Below are positions 1 through 15,911 of a DNA stretch of 64,000 nucleotides, piece by piece; position 1 is the first letter of the stretch, and each line of letters begins with the position of its first letter. The stretch covers positions 25,792,001 through 25,856,000 of the forward strand of contig OZ024750.1 in the NCBI GenBank assembly GCA_964016885.1. Direction: 5' to 3'. Both the position numbers and the translations under genes were made by a program. This DNA is from Eledone cirrhosa. Its lineage: Eukaryota. A model generated the notes under the pieces. The model was not told the DNA's origin. It made no database searches and saw nothing but the letters and a program-made list of their open reading frames with translations.

Positions 1-140
1 GGTACTTTATTTTATCGACCCCGTAAGGATGAAAGGCAAAGTTAACCTCGGCGGGATTTGAACTCAGACTGTAAAGGGAGGACATAACTATGCTGGAAAG
101 CATGGCGTCCGACCCTCTACCGATACTGCCAATCCACACC
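1..140 (-). mobile_element. tRNA-derived SINE copy (dominant SINE family of the window, Meta/MESC-like central domain)
   Basis: Reverse complement has A-box TGGCAGTATCGG, B-box GAGTTCAAATCC and the conserved GCCTTTCATCCTTACGGGGTCGATAAAATAAAGTACC block found in more than 20 copies in the window. Confidence 0.85.
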
Positions 141-155
141 GTACATTGTTAAATT

Positions 156-565
<410 letters not shown>

Positions 566-585
566 CAAGGATATATATATATATG

Positions 586-1003
586 TAGGAGGTGAGTTTT
601 ATTGTAGCAACAATAAAGCAATGCAAATATCGGATAAGTAGCACTCTACAGTTTGTAGGACTGGAGTATAAATATATAAGATCAAAAGATGGTTAAAAGA
701 GTTCCAAGTATTTTATTATGCGCATTTCAAAAACAAGTATCATCATGGGATGATATCTGCGTTCTCATCAGATAAAATAAGGAGACATGATATGAAGCTT
801 AAAAAACACTTGTGAATAGTGAAGTTTTAAATTAACATATCAGATATGTTAATTTAAAACTTCAATATTCACAAGTGTTTTTTAAGCTTCATATCATGTA
901 TCCCTATTTTATCTGATGAAAACGCAGATATCATCCCATGATGATACTTGTTTTTGAAATGCGCATAATAAAATACTTGGAACTCTTTTAACCATCTTTT
1001 GAT

Positions 1004-1012
<9 letters not shown>
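586..1012. mobile_element. Fold-back Penelope-like pLTR-type element with mirrored hammerheads
   Basis: Inverted arms about 673-841 and 843-1012, centre at 842; extra tail on the left arm; (TA)n flanks. Confidence 0.8.
905..975 (+). ncRNA. Type I hammerhead ribozyme (mirror copy on - strand at 709-779)
   Basis: TATTTTAT-CTGATGA-stem II (AAAC...GTTT)-GAAA-TGCGCA-TA-ATAAAATA: 8-bp stem I, palindromic minimal stem III, AUA cleavage triplet. Confidence 0.8.
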
Positions 1013-1041
<29 letters not shown>

Positions 1042-1103
1042 TATAGGCATTTATACAAATACGTCATTCTCTCTGTTGATATAAAAGCTTATAAATGCAT
1101 AAT

Positions 1104-1181
<78 letters not shown>

Positions 1182-1339
1182 GTGTGTATATATATATATA
1201 TATATACATACTTAAAGGTAGAGTTAGTGTTGGTAGGTGTGTGAGGCAAGGCGTGTCGTTTCTAAAGCTGGTCAGTCGAGTATTTTTACCAAACAATCTG
1301 TCATTAGTTCTGTCACGGCGGTTATTATATATAGATGGT

Positions 1340-2320
1340 ATCATGTGGTGATATCAGCGGTTATTGTTACAGTGTTGGTGATGGTGGTGGTGGTGGTGGT
1401 AGTGGTGGTGGTGGTGGTGATGGTGGTGGTAGAGTGGTGATGGTGGTGGTGTTGGTAATGGTGGTGGTGGTGGTGGTGGTAGAGTGGTGATGGTGGTGGT
1501 GGTGGTAGAGTGGTGGTGCTGGTGGTGGTGGTGGTGGTGGTGGTAGTGGTGGTGGTGGTGGTAGAGTGGTGATGGTGGTGGTGGTGGTAGTGGTGGTGGT
1601 GCTGGTGGTGGTGGTGGTGGTGGTGGTAGTGGTGGTGGTGGTGGTAGAGTGGTGATGGTGGTGGTAGAGTGGTGATGGTGGTGGTGTTGGTAGTGGTGGT
1701 GGTGGTGGTGGTGGTAGAGTGGTGATGGTGGTGGTGGTGGTAGTGGTGGTGGTGCTGGTGGTGGTGGTGGTGGTAGAGTGGTGATGGTGGTGGTAGAGTG
1801 GTGATGGTGGTGGTGTTGGTAGTGGTGGTGGTGGTGGTGGTGGTGGTGGTGGTGGTTGTGGTGGTGGTGGTAGAGTGGTGATGGTGGTGGTGATTGTATT
1901 GTTGCTGGTAGTGGTAGAGGTGGTGGTGGTGGGTGGTGGTGATGTCAGTGGCTACCACAGTGGTGGTGATGGTGGCGTAAGAGGGAATAAGTTTCTAGTA
2001 TTGGTAGTAGTAGTAGTAGTATATGAGGCAATAGTAGTAGTCATAGTATTAGTAGTCATAGTAGTAGCAGTAGTGGAGGTATTAGAGGGTCGGACGCCAT
2101 GCTTTCCAGCATAGTTACGTCCTTTTATGGTCTAGTTCAAATCCTGCCGAGGTTCTGCCAACACCACCCTCACCACAACCACCACAATCATCACCTCTAC
2201 TACTACCAGCAACAATACCACCACTACCAACACCACCATCACCACTCTACCACCACCACTACCATCACAACCTCCCACCACTACCACCACCAACGGCATC
2301 ACAACAACCTCCACCAGCAC
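1340..2320. repeat. Complex (GGT)n/(GTA)n/(CAC)n trinucleotide microsatellites
   Basis: Seen directly. Confidence 0.95.
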
Positions 2321-2533
2321 CTCGATAAAATAAAGTACATTACTGGTACATTATTTTATAGTATTAGTATTAAAGTAGAAACAATTATTATTATTATTAT
2401 AAATAATAAAAATCTTTACATGCACAAAACCCACATCGTACCGTCCTGTACCGTCCTGTACCGTCCTGTGCCGCCTGTAATGTTTTTCTTGATATCAGCC
2501 CTTGTGGCCAATAAAGAAATCATTATTATTTGA

Positions 2534-2720
2534 ATTGGCAGTATCGGTAGAGGGTTGGACGCCATGCTTTCTAGCATAGTTACGTCCCTTTACATTCTGA
2601 GTTCAAATCCCGCCGAGGTTAACTTTGCCTTTCATCCTTACGGGGTCGATAAAATAAAGTACCAGTAATGTACTGGGTAATTGCTGGCCTTGTGCCTAAA
2701 GTAGAAACAATTATTATTAT
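2534..2720 (+). mobile_element. tRNA-derived SINE
   Basis: A/B boxes, conserved core, (TTA)n tail. Confidence 0.85.
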
Positions 2721-2959
2721 TGTTGCATTTATCTTGCTTTATCACCAAGTCACAACCAGTGACCTCAAGAGACAACAAGGTCCGCCATGTTCAAGAAAGA
2801 ACACATATACATACACATGCATCTTTAAGTGTTTAGACTTGTGATGTACTTATATTGACAGAATCTTCCTTAGTATATGGGCAGTTCCCATTAGTACTAT
2901 CTTTTGTATTTCTCCTATACGCGGGATTTCCTGGGATTTGCGATAAGTAATCATTAGAC

Positions 2960-3705
2960 CTTATTATTGTTCTTTGAGTCTCAGTCATTGATGTTAGTTA
3001 ACTGGAAAGTTTCTTGAAATGAATATCAAGCCATTACCTGCAGCCTCAGATATTCAGGACGTATCGGAGGGTTCTTGCTGTTCCCAGGAAGCATGCCTTT
3101 TGAAGTGTTCCAAAAAGCGGGGCGGGGCCAATTTTCTTTAACCATCCCTGGAAACTTTTTGAGATAGTACCCAGTGCGCCTATGACAATCGGGACCACTT
3201 TGACTTCATGGCAGTTCCAAATCCTTTTTACCTCCCACTTTAAGTCCTGGTATCGGTTAATTTTCTCCCTCTCCTTCTCTTGCACTCTCGTGTCGAATGG
3301 GCAGGCCACATCTACAATCAGGCACGATCTTTTTTCCTTGTCCCAAACCAGCAGGTCAGGTCTATTGTATTCCAGTTTCTTGTCCGTCTGTATCCTAAAA
3401 TCCCATAACACCTTCACCTGATCGTTTTCTATCACCGACTCTGGCTTATGCTCATACCACTTCTCAGAATGTGGTAAATTATTTACCTTGCATAGGTGCC
3501 AGTGGATCACCCTGCCCATCACATCATGTCTCCAGCCTTTATAGTGAGTCTGGGCTAGGTGTTTACACTCGGATACAATGTGAGCCACAGTCTCCTCTCT
3601 CTCTCCACAGATCCTGCACAGTGGGCTAGCCTCCTCCTTGTAAATATGGTGTTTCAGCCACTTCGTTTTGAGGGCCTGCTCTTGCGCAGCCATTAGCATT
3701 CCTTC
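2960..3705 (-). mobile_element. 5'-truncated R4/Dong-like non-LTR retrotransposon (zinc knuckle plus restriction-like endonuclease)
   Basis: ORF 3046-3699 has CRICGEREETVAHIVSEC (CCHC), RHD, RPDL...DVACPFD...EKEREKINRY (PD-D/ExK RLE); ends in a (TAA)n tail. Confidence 0.9.
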
Positions 3706-3827
3706 CTTTACGATCTGAGTTCAAATCCCGCCGAGGTTGACTTTGCCTTTCATCCTTACGGGGTCGATAAAATAAAGTACCAGTAATGCACTGGATAATT
3801 GCTGGCCTTGTGCCTAAAGTAGAAACA

Positions 3828-3840
<13 letters not shown>
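3705..3840 (+). mobile_element. 5'-truncated SINE abutting the LINE 5' end
   Basis: B box, core and tail present. Confidence 0.8.
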
Positions 3841-3858
<18 letters not shown>

Positions 3859-3871
3859 GTAGTAGTAGTAA

Positions 3872-3926
<55 letters not shown>

Positions 3927-4459
3927 CATCATTCGGCGGTCTCAGCCAAAATCAACTCAACAATTGGTCTCCACGTGGGTCCTGTCGTGCATTGCCGTTG
4001 CCAAGTCCTGGATTTCAATTCTAGAATCTCTCCATCGGGATAGGAGAGCTCGCGGCCCCTCTTATTAGTGACTGCTTCTTAAGATTAGCCCCTAGTTAAA
4101 AATTACTGTTATATATATTGTTATATCTATTCATTAGTTATCAGTAGAGAGTCGGACGACGCCATGCTTTGCAGCTGTGAGTTACGGCCCTTTACGGTTT
4201 GATTCCAAATCCTGCCGAGGTTAACTTTGCCTTTCATTCTTACAGGAGTCGATAAAATAAAGTACCTGTAATGCACTGGAGTAATTGCTGGCCTTGTGCC
4301 AAAAATAGAAACAGTCATTATTATTATTATTATCTCTTGTTTTCCCTTTGATAATATCTCCCTTTTCTTTACTTGAGGTAACCCCTAATCTGTGTTGTTT
4401 TTTGCCCTTATGTCCCCAATTTCGTGGGTCAAATGGTGACAAATAAAAAACAGTCATTA

Positions 4460-5100
4460 ACATCATCATCATCATCATAGTCGTCATCATCATCATGATG
4501 GTGATCGTGATCATTCACCATCATCATCACCGCCCTTATCTTCATCCTTATCTTCATTTTGATCTGGGTTCAAAAGAGCGAGAGGCGATTTGGTCATCAT
4601 CATCATCATCATCATCATCACCACCACCACAACCACCACCACCATCATCACCATCATCGTCACCATCGTCACCATCATCACCACCATCACCACCATCATG
4701 ATCAACGCCATCACCATCACCACCACCACCGTCACCACCAATACCACCACCAACACCACCCCCACCATCACCGACACCACGACCACCATTACCACCACCA
4801 CCACCACCACCACCACCACCACCATTACCACCACCACCACCACCTCCACCTCCACCACCATCACCACCACCACCGCCACCACCACCATCACCACCACCAA
4901 CACCTCCACCACCACCACCACCACCACCACCACCATCGTCATCACCACCACCACCACCACCACCGCCGTCGCCACCAACACACCACCACCAACACACCAC
5001 CACCTCCACACCACCACCACCACCACCACCACCACCACCACCACCACCACCACCACCACCACCACCACCACGACCACCACCACCATCATCATCATCATCA
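4460..5100. repeat. (CAT)n/(CAC)n microsatellite
   Basis: Seen directly. Confidence 0.95.
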
Positions 5101-5479
5101 CAGTTAATATATGAAATACCGACAACTACATATCTTAGTACAGGTAAATAACTGGATTAAAATCCATTTTCTAATTCTCTTTTGTCTTCCCCATTCGTCT
5201 TGTTAGTATTATGACAATATTCTGCACTGGTTACCATCAAACATTCTCAGGTATTAACGATGTAAAGAAAGCAACAATCTATTTCTCTACTTTGTTTCTT
5301 TGTTACCTTCTTTCTCTGCTACTGTTAGTACTGAAATATTCAGAAAGCAAAAGACTAAATCCTAAACAAAACATAAAATATATTACACCAATTTGAAACA
5401 TTCCTGTTCTTCACAAGTTAGTTTAGTTTAGTTTAGAGAAAGAGAAAGAATAACCTCAAAGCTACAATAAAGATGATTT

Positions 5480-6037
5480 CTACTATAGGCACAAGGACAG
5501 CAATTATCCCAGTGTATTACTGGTACTTTATTATATCGACCCCGTAAGGGTGAAAGGCAAAGTTAACCTCAGCGGGATTTGAACTCAGATCATAAAGGGC
5601 CATCCATACCTCTTTGCTGCAAAGCATGGCGTCAGACCCTCTACCGATACTGCCAATCCAGGCACAAGGCCAGTAATTTGGGGGGAGGGGAAAGTCGATT
5701 AAATCGACCCCAGTGCGTGACTGGTACTTTATTTTATCGACCCCGTAAGGATGAAAAGCAAAGTTAACCTCGGCGGGATTTGAACTCAGATCATAAAGGG
5801 CCGTAACTCTACACTCCAAAGCATGGCGTCCGACCCTCTACCAATACAAAGCTACAATAATAATAATAATAATTGTTTCTACTTTTGGCACAAGGCCAGC
5901 AATTACCCCAGTGCATTACTGGTACTTTATTTTATCGACCCCCGTAAGGATGAAAGGCAAAGTGAACCTCGGCGGGATTCGAACTCAGACCCTAAACGGA
6001 CGCAACTATGCTGGAAAGCATAGTTGCGTCCGACCCT

Positions 6038-6093
<56 letters not shown>

Positions 6094-6500
6094 ATAATAA
6101 TAATAATAATGGTTTATTATATAGACACAAGGCCAGCAATTTTGAGGAAGGGAAAAGTCGCTTAAATCGACCCAGTACACTACTGGTACCTTATTTTATC
6201 GACCCATAAGAATGAAAGGCAAAGGTAACCTCGGCAGGATTTGAACTCGTAGAAGAAGAAGAAGAAGAAGAAGAAGAAGAAGAAGAAGAAGAAGAAGAAG
6301 AAGAAGAAGAAGAAGAAGAAGAAGAAAAAGAAAAAGAAGAAAAAAAGAAAAAGAAGAAGAAGAAGAAGAAGAAGAAGAAGAAGAAGAAGAAGAAGAAGAA
6401 GAAGAAGAAGAAGAAGAAGAAGAAATAAAGTACCAGTCACGCAATGGAGTCGATTTAATCAACTTTCCCCTCTCTCCCTCCAAATTGCTGGCCTTGTGCC
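5480..6500 (-). mobile_element. Cluster of several SINE copies and fragments interleaved with (TAC)n and (GAA)n
   Basis: Repeated SINE core on the minus strand. Confidence 0.8.
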
Positions 6501-6938
6501 TAGTTATATAAGACACCGCGTTATTTTTATTTAATCTGTCTTACAACAAATTATTGTTTGCTAGCCTGTCACTGCAAGAATAACGCAAATACGAGAAAAA
6601 TGTTAGGTAAATAAAAAATCTAGGAGGATAATGATAAACGAGGTCTATAGAGAAAGAAGTAGGAGGTGGAAACGATAGAAAAAGTAAAGCTTAAAATGGG
6701 AGAAGGTTCTAAAAGTGAAAACGAAAATTATAACATTCCAAGTAAAGACATAGTTTGGCCATGATCTATCATTTTGTTTTATTTACATATACAGTTTGTT
6801 CTTATAACAAACTAAACTAACATCTCCTTGTCTTTTTTGGCTGATTTACTATATATATACGCAAACACACACATACACACACACATATATATATATATAT
6901 ACATATATGCATACACATATATATATATATACATATGC

Positions 6939-6969
<31 letters not shown>

Positions 6970-6993
6970 TGCATACACATATATATATACATA

Positions 6994-7035
<42 letters not shown>

Positions 7036-7173
7036 TGCATACATATATATACATATATATACATATATATACATATATATGCATATATATATATACATAT
7101 ATGCATACACATATATATATATACATATGCATATATATACATATATGCATATATATATATACATATATATGCA

Positions 7174-7204
<31 letters not shown>

Positions 7205-7229
7205 TCATACACACACACACACACGCACG

Positions 7230-7331
<102 letters not shown>

Positions 7332-7684
7332 AATATACTTTAAAAAAAAACATTCCTATTTTGTCGTTGTTGCAGACTTTATGAATACCTCTTACGAAAG
7401 TAAACGGGTTACGAATTCCCTATAATCTCCGCTTAAACACCTTTCATGGTCAAACATAAACCTTTTGTCAGACGCTCCGACTATGAGTCATTGACTTCAA
7501 ATGGCGTGATTGCTATTTATTTTTAGTTCATTGTTTATCTATTCATTTGTTTATCTTTAGATTGGTTTATTTAATATATATGTTTATCTACTTATTTTTT
7601 CTAGTACTTCATATCTGTCAGTTGAGCTGAATATTTGCTATATAGATAAATAAGACACTTGAGACTGAAAGTGTGATATAGAAG

Positions 7685-8975
7685 CGATGACGTCAGGTTT
7701 GAAATCCCTCAGAGACCTGGTAGATATGTTCTATATCCAACCCTATATTCTGTGCTACATAGTCACTACAGAGAAGGGGGTTTTAAGAAGAAATCCACAA
7801 AGGCCTGATACATATATATGTGTTATGTTATTTAACCCTGCATTCTGTGCTATATGGTCACTAGAGAGAGAGAGGTAACACCAGGTTTGAAATCCCTCAG
7901 AGAACTGGCAGATATGTTCTGTAATATTTAACCCTGTATTCTGTCCTATATGGTCACTACATAGAGGTCACTTCAGGTATGAAATCCCTCAGAGATCTGG
8001 TAGATATGTTCTGTGCTATGTTATTTAACCTGTATTATGTCCTATATGGTGACTAGAGAGAGGTAACACCATGTTTGAAATCCCTCAGAGACCTGGAAGA
8101 TATGTTCTATGTTTAACCCTGTATTCTGTCCGATATGGTCATTACAGAGAGGTCACTTCAGGTTTGAAAACCCTAAAAGGTCTGATATATATGTTCTGTG
8201 ATATTTATTCCTGCATTGTGACGTATATGGTCACTAGAGAGAGATTACGTCAGGTTTGGAATTCCTCAGAGACCTGGTAGATATGTTCTGTTATACTTAA
8301 ACCTTGATTTCTGTGCTATGTGGTCACTAGAGAGAGGTTACGTCAGGTTTGGAATTCCCCAGAGACTTGGTAGATATGTTCTGTTATATCTAAACCTTGA
8401 TTTCTGTGCTATGTGGTCACTAGAGAGAGATTACGTCAGGTTTGGAATTCCCCAGAGACCTGGTAGATATGTTCTGTTATATCTAAACCTTGATTTCTGT
8501 GCTATGTGGTCACTAGAGAGAGGTTACGTCAGGTTTGGAATTCCCCAGAGACCTGGTAGATATGTTCTGTTATATCTAAACCTTGATTTCTGTGCTATGT
8601 GGTCACTAGAGAGAGATTACGTCAGGTTTGGAATTCCCCAGAGACCTGGTAGATATGTTCTGTTATATCTAAACCTTGATTTCTGTGCTATGTGGTCACT
8701 AGAGTGAGGTTACGTCAGGTTTGGAATTCCCCAGAGACCTGGCAGATATGTTCTGTTATATCTAAACCTTGATTTCTGTGCTATATGGTCACTAAAGAGA
8801 AAGTGACTTTAAGAAGAAATCCCTGAAAAGTCTGATATACATGTGTTGTGTTTTTTAATCATGTATTCAGTCTTATATAGTTACTACACAGAGGTGATAT
8901 TAAGAAGAGATCTTTCAGAAGTCTGATACACATGTTCTGTGTTAGTTAACCCTCTAATGTGTTCTATATGGTCCC
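7685..8975. repeat. 93-bp minisatellite, about 14 units
   Basis: Period 93 (gctatg at 8315 and 8408); homogeneous core 8230-8790 with diverged flanking units. Confidence 0.9.
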
Positions 8976-9402
8976 TGTTCAGAGGAGACATTCAGGGTAA
9001 ACTCTGGAGAGACGAAAAGAAAAACTAAGAAGCTCCGTTCATACCCAGTCGATGACTCACAATTTTAATCTCTTGGCAAAGGTTTAGTGTTGACCTCCAG
9101 AGATTATTTTTATAGACGAAATGGTGGGGGTTCCCTCCTCATAAAGGCTAGGCAAATGCTATAATGCGCACACAGACGGACACACACACATGCGCAAACA
9201 CACACACGTGTGTGTGTATGTAAACATGTAAATATACATATACATGCATGTAACAATATAACAAACATCCGCACATACACAAACACACACACACACTTCT
9301 CTCTCTCACTCACACACACACACACACACTCAGATGGAAGGGCTTTTACACCAACGTTTATTCTGGAGAAGGAAATAGAAATTGTACGGGACAGAAAGAG
9401 AG

Positions 9403-9481
<79 letters not shown>

Positions 9482-9589
9482 TAAATAGATAGATAGATAG
9501 ATTATAGATAGATAGATAGATAGAGTGAGAGATAGATAGAGAGAGTTAGAGAGAGAGAGAGAGAGAGATAGATAGATAGATAGATATAT

Positions 9590-9970
9590 AGATATATTTC
9601 TTTATTAGCCACAGGGGCACAAAAGAAGGGGACAAATACAAGGGGGAAGTTTACATACAATAAAAACGTGTAAAATATTATCACAAATGGAATTTAAAAA
9701 GTTAGTCGATTTTCCCCAATAGAGGGAGACAGTTTATATGGGTAACACATGCCCCCGAAAAAAATGTGCAACCCTCATCTCCAGGAGTACGAAGAGTTTG
9801 TACTCCTTTCCTCTCCTCCTCCTTTTCCTCAACCTACAGGCTGATATAGAGAGAATGCCCATTCACTCGGGCCATTCTCGCCACTTTCACCCACCTTTCA
9901 TAAAACTTGCTGGGGTACAGCACCTCTCACTTCATCCTGATTCTTCTTCCAAAGTGGTATTTGAAAAAAA
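9590..9970 (-). mobile_element. 3' end of a Tx1/L1-like LINE inserted in (GATA)n
   Basis: Minus frame FFKYHFGRRIRMK*EVLYPSKFYERWVKVARM resembles an ORF2 C-terminus; ends CCTGTGGCTAATAAAGAAAT, and a similar tail occurs at about 2480-2520. Confidence 0.55.
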
Positions 9971-10044
9971 GAATCAGATAGATAGATATATAGATAGATA
10001 GATAGAAAGATAGAGTGAGAGATAGATAGATAGATAGAGAGAGT

Positions 10045-10092
<48 letters not shown>

Positions 10093-11109
10093 GAGAGAGA
10101 GAGAGAGAAAGCAGTGGGTTCTGCAGTATTTCTGTATATCAAGTAAGATGACGTCATTGCATGTCGGCTGATCTCAGTGTTTAACAACGAAGCTTAGACA
10201 AAATGCCTACGTCATCCCTACCATTATTTCAATCACTAATCATTCCTATATATTGATATAAAACCAAGTTATTAATCCCGTAATTCATTAATCACAAATC
10301 ATCAATCACTAATCACTCTTATATATTGACATAAAACCAATTCAAAAGAGATTAACGTAGATTATCTATAGTTTAAAAAGATTTTGCAACCGAAATTTCA
10401 GGAGAATGTTTCCAACTTCTGGAAACTAACGGACAACAGACCTTTTTCGAAATCTCCATAATGGTAAATGGTAAGACATAGGAAAATGTGAGATAGTTGG
10501 ATAATGGTACAAAATGACGTCCTACAAAAACAAAAATCCCTTCTTACCTCTATGATTAAAAAACAACATAAGCCAGACTGACATGCATACTACACTGGTT
10601 TGGTTGGCCATAACGGAAATAAATATGTTAACCAAGAATAAAATAAACATCTACTTGCCAGAAAACTATAGACATGGTGCTTGTTTAAATATGATGGAAA
10701 ATCTTTACATAAGTTGTCTAAATCTTTTCTCCCGAGACTGTTGTGAATGTGACACAGCGTTGACCGTTGAACAGGGTGGAAAAAGGGGAGTTAATGAATG
10801 GCTAACGTCGTTTACTTAAAATAGAGCCGAAGTAAAATAACAAAGCCCCGTAGAAACCTTGTGACAGCTTGACTTGATTAAAAGAAGGCGTGTAACTAAT
10901 CATAGGTACTAGAATCATTATATTTATCGAAAGTACCACCTGACCTAGTTATTGCTATATATATATATGTATATATACAAGTTAATATAAATTAATATAT
11001 GATAAACACGTAAGTGTTTGCATTGCAAAAGACTAAGTTAGCTAGAATGAAATAAACTAATTAAAATAAATATAGTTTGTCCGTCTCGATATAAATCGAT
11101 AATAACAAG

Positions 11110-11154
<45 letters not shown>

Positions 11155-11902
11155 TATTTTACTCTCTAAAAAAATTATTTTCCTTCCTTTTCTCCCCCCC
11201 CCCTTTTAAAAATCATAAAAAAAAAATGTCTTTCCACCACTCCCCCACACATCATCGGAACTCTCTTCCTACCCGCTTTTCTCCTGATGAAGGGATTATG
11301 CCCAAAACGTCGTCCCCCACCTCCCACTCTCAAGCGTGAAACTAATAATTGTTTCTACTTTAGGCACAAGGCCAGCAATTACCCAGTGCATTACTGGTAC
11401 TTTATTTTATCGACCCCGTAAGGATGAAAGGCAAAGTCAACCTCGGCGGGATTTGAACTCAGATCGTAAAGGGACGTAATAATAATAACATTTCTACTGC
11501 CTCTTCGCTTCCACGTGTTTTTTTTTGTTCTCTGTTTACTTTAAAAAAAAAATAGATAACTGAAAAGCTCAACGATTGTCTCTTATGTTATAAATGTCCC
11601 GTCAGGGATATTCCATGTAGTCAACCTGTCTATATTTTTGTTTATTTTAGCACGCATACAACAGCGGGAAACATCAATGTAACCCATACGTTTTTTGTTG
11701 GCGATTACAAGACCTACACAATAAATATCTATATGGCAGAGAAACAGATGGATTTAATAATAGCATTTTCAGTTGATCTAAGAATGATATTTAACTATCA
11801 AGGATGAACAAGTGTTGATCCTTGAGAGTTGAACTCTGGAGAATCACTTTCCAAAGGAAAAACATTTACAATGAGTTGTGTTTCTATTTCTTTTATTCCA
11901 CA

Positions 11903-12545
11903 CTAGCAGTAAAGCCCGGCGTTGCTCGGGGTCGCTCAGTAGCTGTGTTAAAGTTACAATGTTAAGTTTCTTTTTTGGCTTAAAGTCTGTCTGCACGCCT
12001 AACGAAATTTACAGATACATATATTTTAAATAAACTTATAGAATTTTTGCTTTTTTTTACGAAATATTTGCTTGTTTTACGTAGTCTTTAAATAGACTTG
12101 TTTTCAAGTAAGAATATTGTTTTAAAAGGCTTTTAAATGGAAATGAAGCAAAACGGAAGCTTAGTGTTCGAACTGATGAATTTTGCAGGTCAATATTTTG
12201 CTGGCTCGACAACTGTTCGTGTATTGTGTTAATGTCATTTTAAACGCTGAGAAAGCCAGCGTAATTTTTTTAATTTTTGCACGCAGAAAATGTAAACAGA
12301 ACGTAAGACGCTCAATGTAAACAGAACAAAGGGAAATAACTCGTCACTTACGCTCAAAAATCGATACATTAGATTCGATTTCGTCACATAGGGTGGGTCA
12401 ATTTGAAATATTTTTTTCCGATGTCTTCGCTAGGGCTCAATGTACAAGTATAGCAATTTCGGTGCAATTCCGTCAGAGATTCTAAGAGGAGATGTGTGCC
12501 AAAAATCGATAGACAGACAGACAACCACAGCTTTATATATATAGA
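11903..12545 (-). mobile_element. Non-autonomous Helitron
   Basis: Minus strand starts A|TCTATATATATAAAG and ends with the hairpin CCCGAGCAACGCCGGG followed by CTAG|T; no TSD. Confidence 0.8.
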
Positions 12546-12787
12546 TGAGTTCTACAAATGGCTAAATTATTGCTGAAAAAATACCGTGAACAAAGGTGAA
12601 TTGACTAGACAGAATTACATCATTCTTAAATAAAATATGGCAGCTCAGTCTCATTTCATTTGAAACACTATTAATAGAACCAATATTAATATTAGTAGTT
12701 GACTGACCTATAGAGGAAGTTCGCTACAATCATAGTGGGAGTTTGGTTCCTTTGTGTTCAGACTCTACGGTTCTTATATACACACAC

Positions 12788-12874
<87 letters not shown>

Positions 12875-13184
12875 AAAGTATGCCGATAGAATCATTTGAT
12901 AAGATATATACACAATCTCTTCTCCCAATCAGCATAATTAACCACACAAAAAAAAAAAACAATTAAACCATGTTATAAGATTAAAAGGCACCTATGAAGA
13001 AATAATAGATAAATAAACGACAGCCATCTATTCGCGATCAACGGCTATAGAATATTTACCCACTATTTCAATAGCACGTGGAAATCGATTAAATATATCG
13101 TCAACCATACACAATTAGGTATAAGATTAAAGTTAGAAGAAAAAATGTATATAAACATACCAAGATTACGTTTCTATATATATA

Positions 13185-13790
13185 TGGTGGCTGCCAACTC
13201 GTTTTCGAGTACGGCCACTACTTTATATCCATGTAGGAGAACCCCTACCGATGCGCTGAACGAGTGTGACTTATTAGTCCAGCCAGCGACTTGAAAACTC
13301 TGGTACAAACACTACACTTGTGACAATTATTGACACATAGTGCTAGGCCCATGGTACCATGTGACGTCAAGTGCAGAGAGATCTCCAGATATAAAGCAAT
13401 GCCTGTGCCGTGAAGCTTTTATAGTGAGCAAAGGCACTGCACAAAGCCAGTCCCACTCTCTTAACCAATATGATATTTACCAAAAAGAAGAACAAGTCAA
13501 CATCATTGGATACAATCAGGGTTGCAGGTATTATATCAGAGTTTTTCTTCTCCTAGAATTCTGCCTTGACAAAGGCTAAGGGGTCATCTCTCTCGGTGAT
13601 TTTGGATGGCCATTGACTCTTAAGAGCTCCTTTGCCCTTTGACAAGTTTTGTTTTTAGTCCTGCAGGATGTCCAAAGTCACCCTCCTCACCAAGAAACCT
13701 TGGTGGGGTTGCCAGTTTAGTCGCCAACGACCCGACGATGAGACAGGTTGTACTGGGATACATGTTACCAGTAGCACCAACTGGTGACCT

Positions 13791-13794
<4 letters not shown>
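13185..13794 (-). mobile_element. ~610-bp non-autonomous element, copy 1 (possibly RTE-derived)
   Basis: Highly similar second copy at 30045-30654 with the same ends; both in (TA)n. Confidence 0.8.
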
Positions 13795-13828
<34 letters not shown>

Positions 13829-13922
13829 TTTTTTTCTATTTTCTATTTTTTTAACTTTTTAACTCCCCTCCTTAACCCTCCCTTACTCCTCCTCGGAGTT
13901 CCTATTCTTCTCCCATCCGAAC

Positions 13923-13958
13923 TTTCCTGATGAAGCACTTCTGTCCGAAACGTCGAAA
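13923..13958 (+). ncRNA. Minimal Penelope-type hammerhead (relatives at about 11284, 31058, 34681)
   Basis: TTTC-CTGATGA-agcacttctgtcc-GAAA-CG-TC-GAAA; all relatives are followed by an AGCGT(G/T)AA..TAATA-like motif. Confidence 0.6.
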
Positions 13959-14208
13959 CTTCCACTTCCGCCAAGCGTGAACCTAATATAATTGTGTATA
14001 ATTGCCTCCTGTGTTTTGTTTGTTCATTTCAAACTATAGACATAATTCTCCCCTTATACACATCAATGTAAAAAAAAAGGATGTTTTATATCCAAATTAT
14101 AGATTTGAGACCAAGATAATCTCAGGCAGTAATTGTTTGCTATGGAAATATTATACATGTCCTATTGTATTGCTGCTTAACAACCTACATTCTAATGCTT
14201 CCCTCTCC

Positions 14209-14258
<50 letters not shown>

Positions 14259-14434
14259 ATCTCTCTCTAGATATATCTCCCCCTCTCTCCTCACTTCTCT
14301 CTCCCCCTCTCTTCATATATATATATATATATATATATCACTCTCTCTCCCTCTCTCTTCATATATATCTCTCTCCTCACCTCTCTCTCTATCCCCAGCT
14401 CTCTCGCTCTCCATCTCTCTCCCCATCTCTCTCC

Positions 14435-14493
<59 letters not shown>

Positions 14494-14889
14494 TCTCTCC
14501 CCATCTCTCCCTCTCTTTCTCGCTCTCTCCCCATCTCTTTCTCCCCCCATGCCCCCTCTCCCTCTATCCCTTCTCTTCTTGCTCGCTCTCTTCATCTCTT
14601 CATCTCTTCATCCCATTTCTTTTCTCTTCTCTGCCATCTCTCTCTTCTCTTCTCCCCCCACCCCCCTCCCTCTCTCTAACTAACTAAATTACTTAGTTCA
14701 CACAATGGAGGTTGAGGAGTTGTCTGCGCCTGCTTTTTGTTTGTCTTTTTGTTTCATTGTCGACGTCCAACAAATAAATATATATACCTATAAACAGGTA
14801 GCGGGTTGTTGTTTTGTTGTGGGCTATGTTGTTATTTGTTTATTTATTTATTCTCGAGATGAAAGATAAGAAACCCCCCTGAACGATAT

Positions 14890-15785
<896 letters not shown>

Positions 15786-15911
15786 AGATGTGGTTATACA
15801 TCCGACCAGAAACGCTTCAGTAGTTGGGTTAGATGTACTAATGATAGTAATTATATGTAGTTTGGTTGTGGAGGCGAAGTGATTGTAATGGCGGCTGGGT
15901 GTTGTAAGTAA

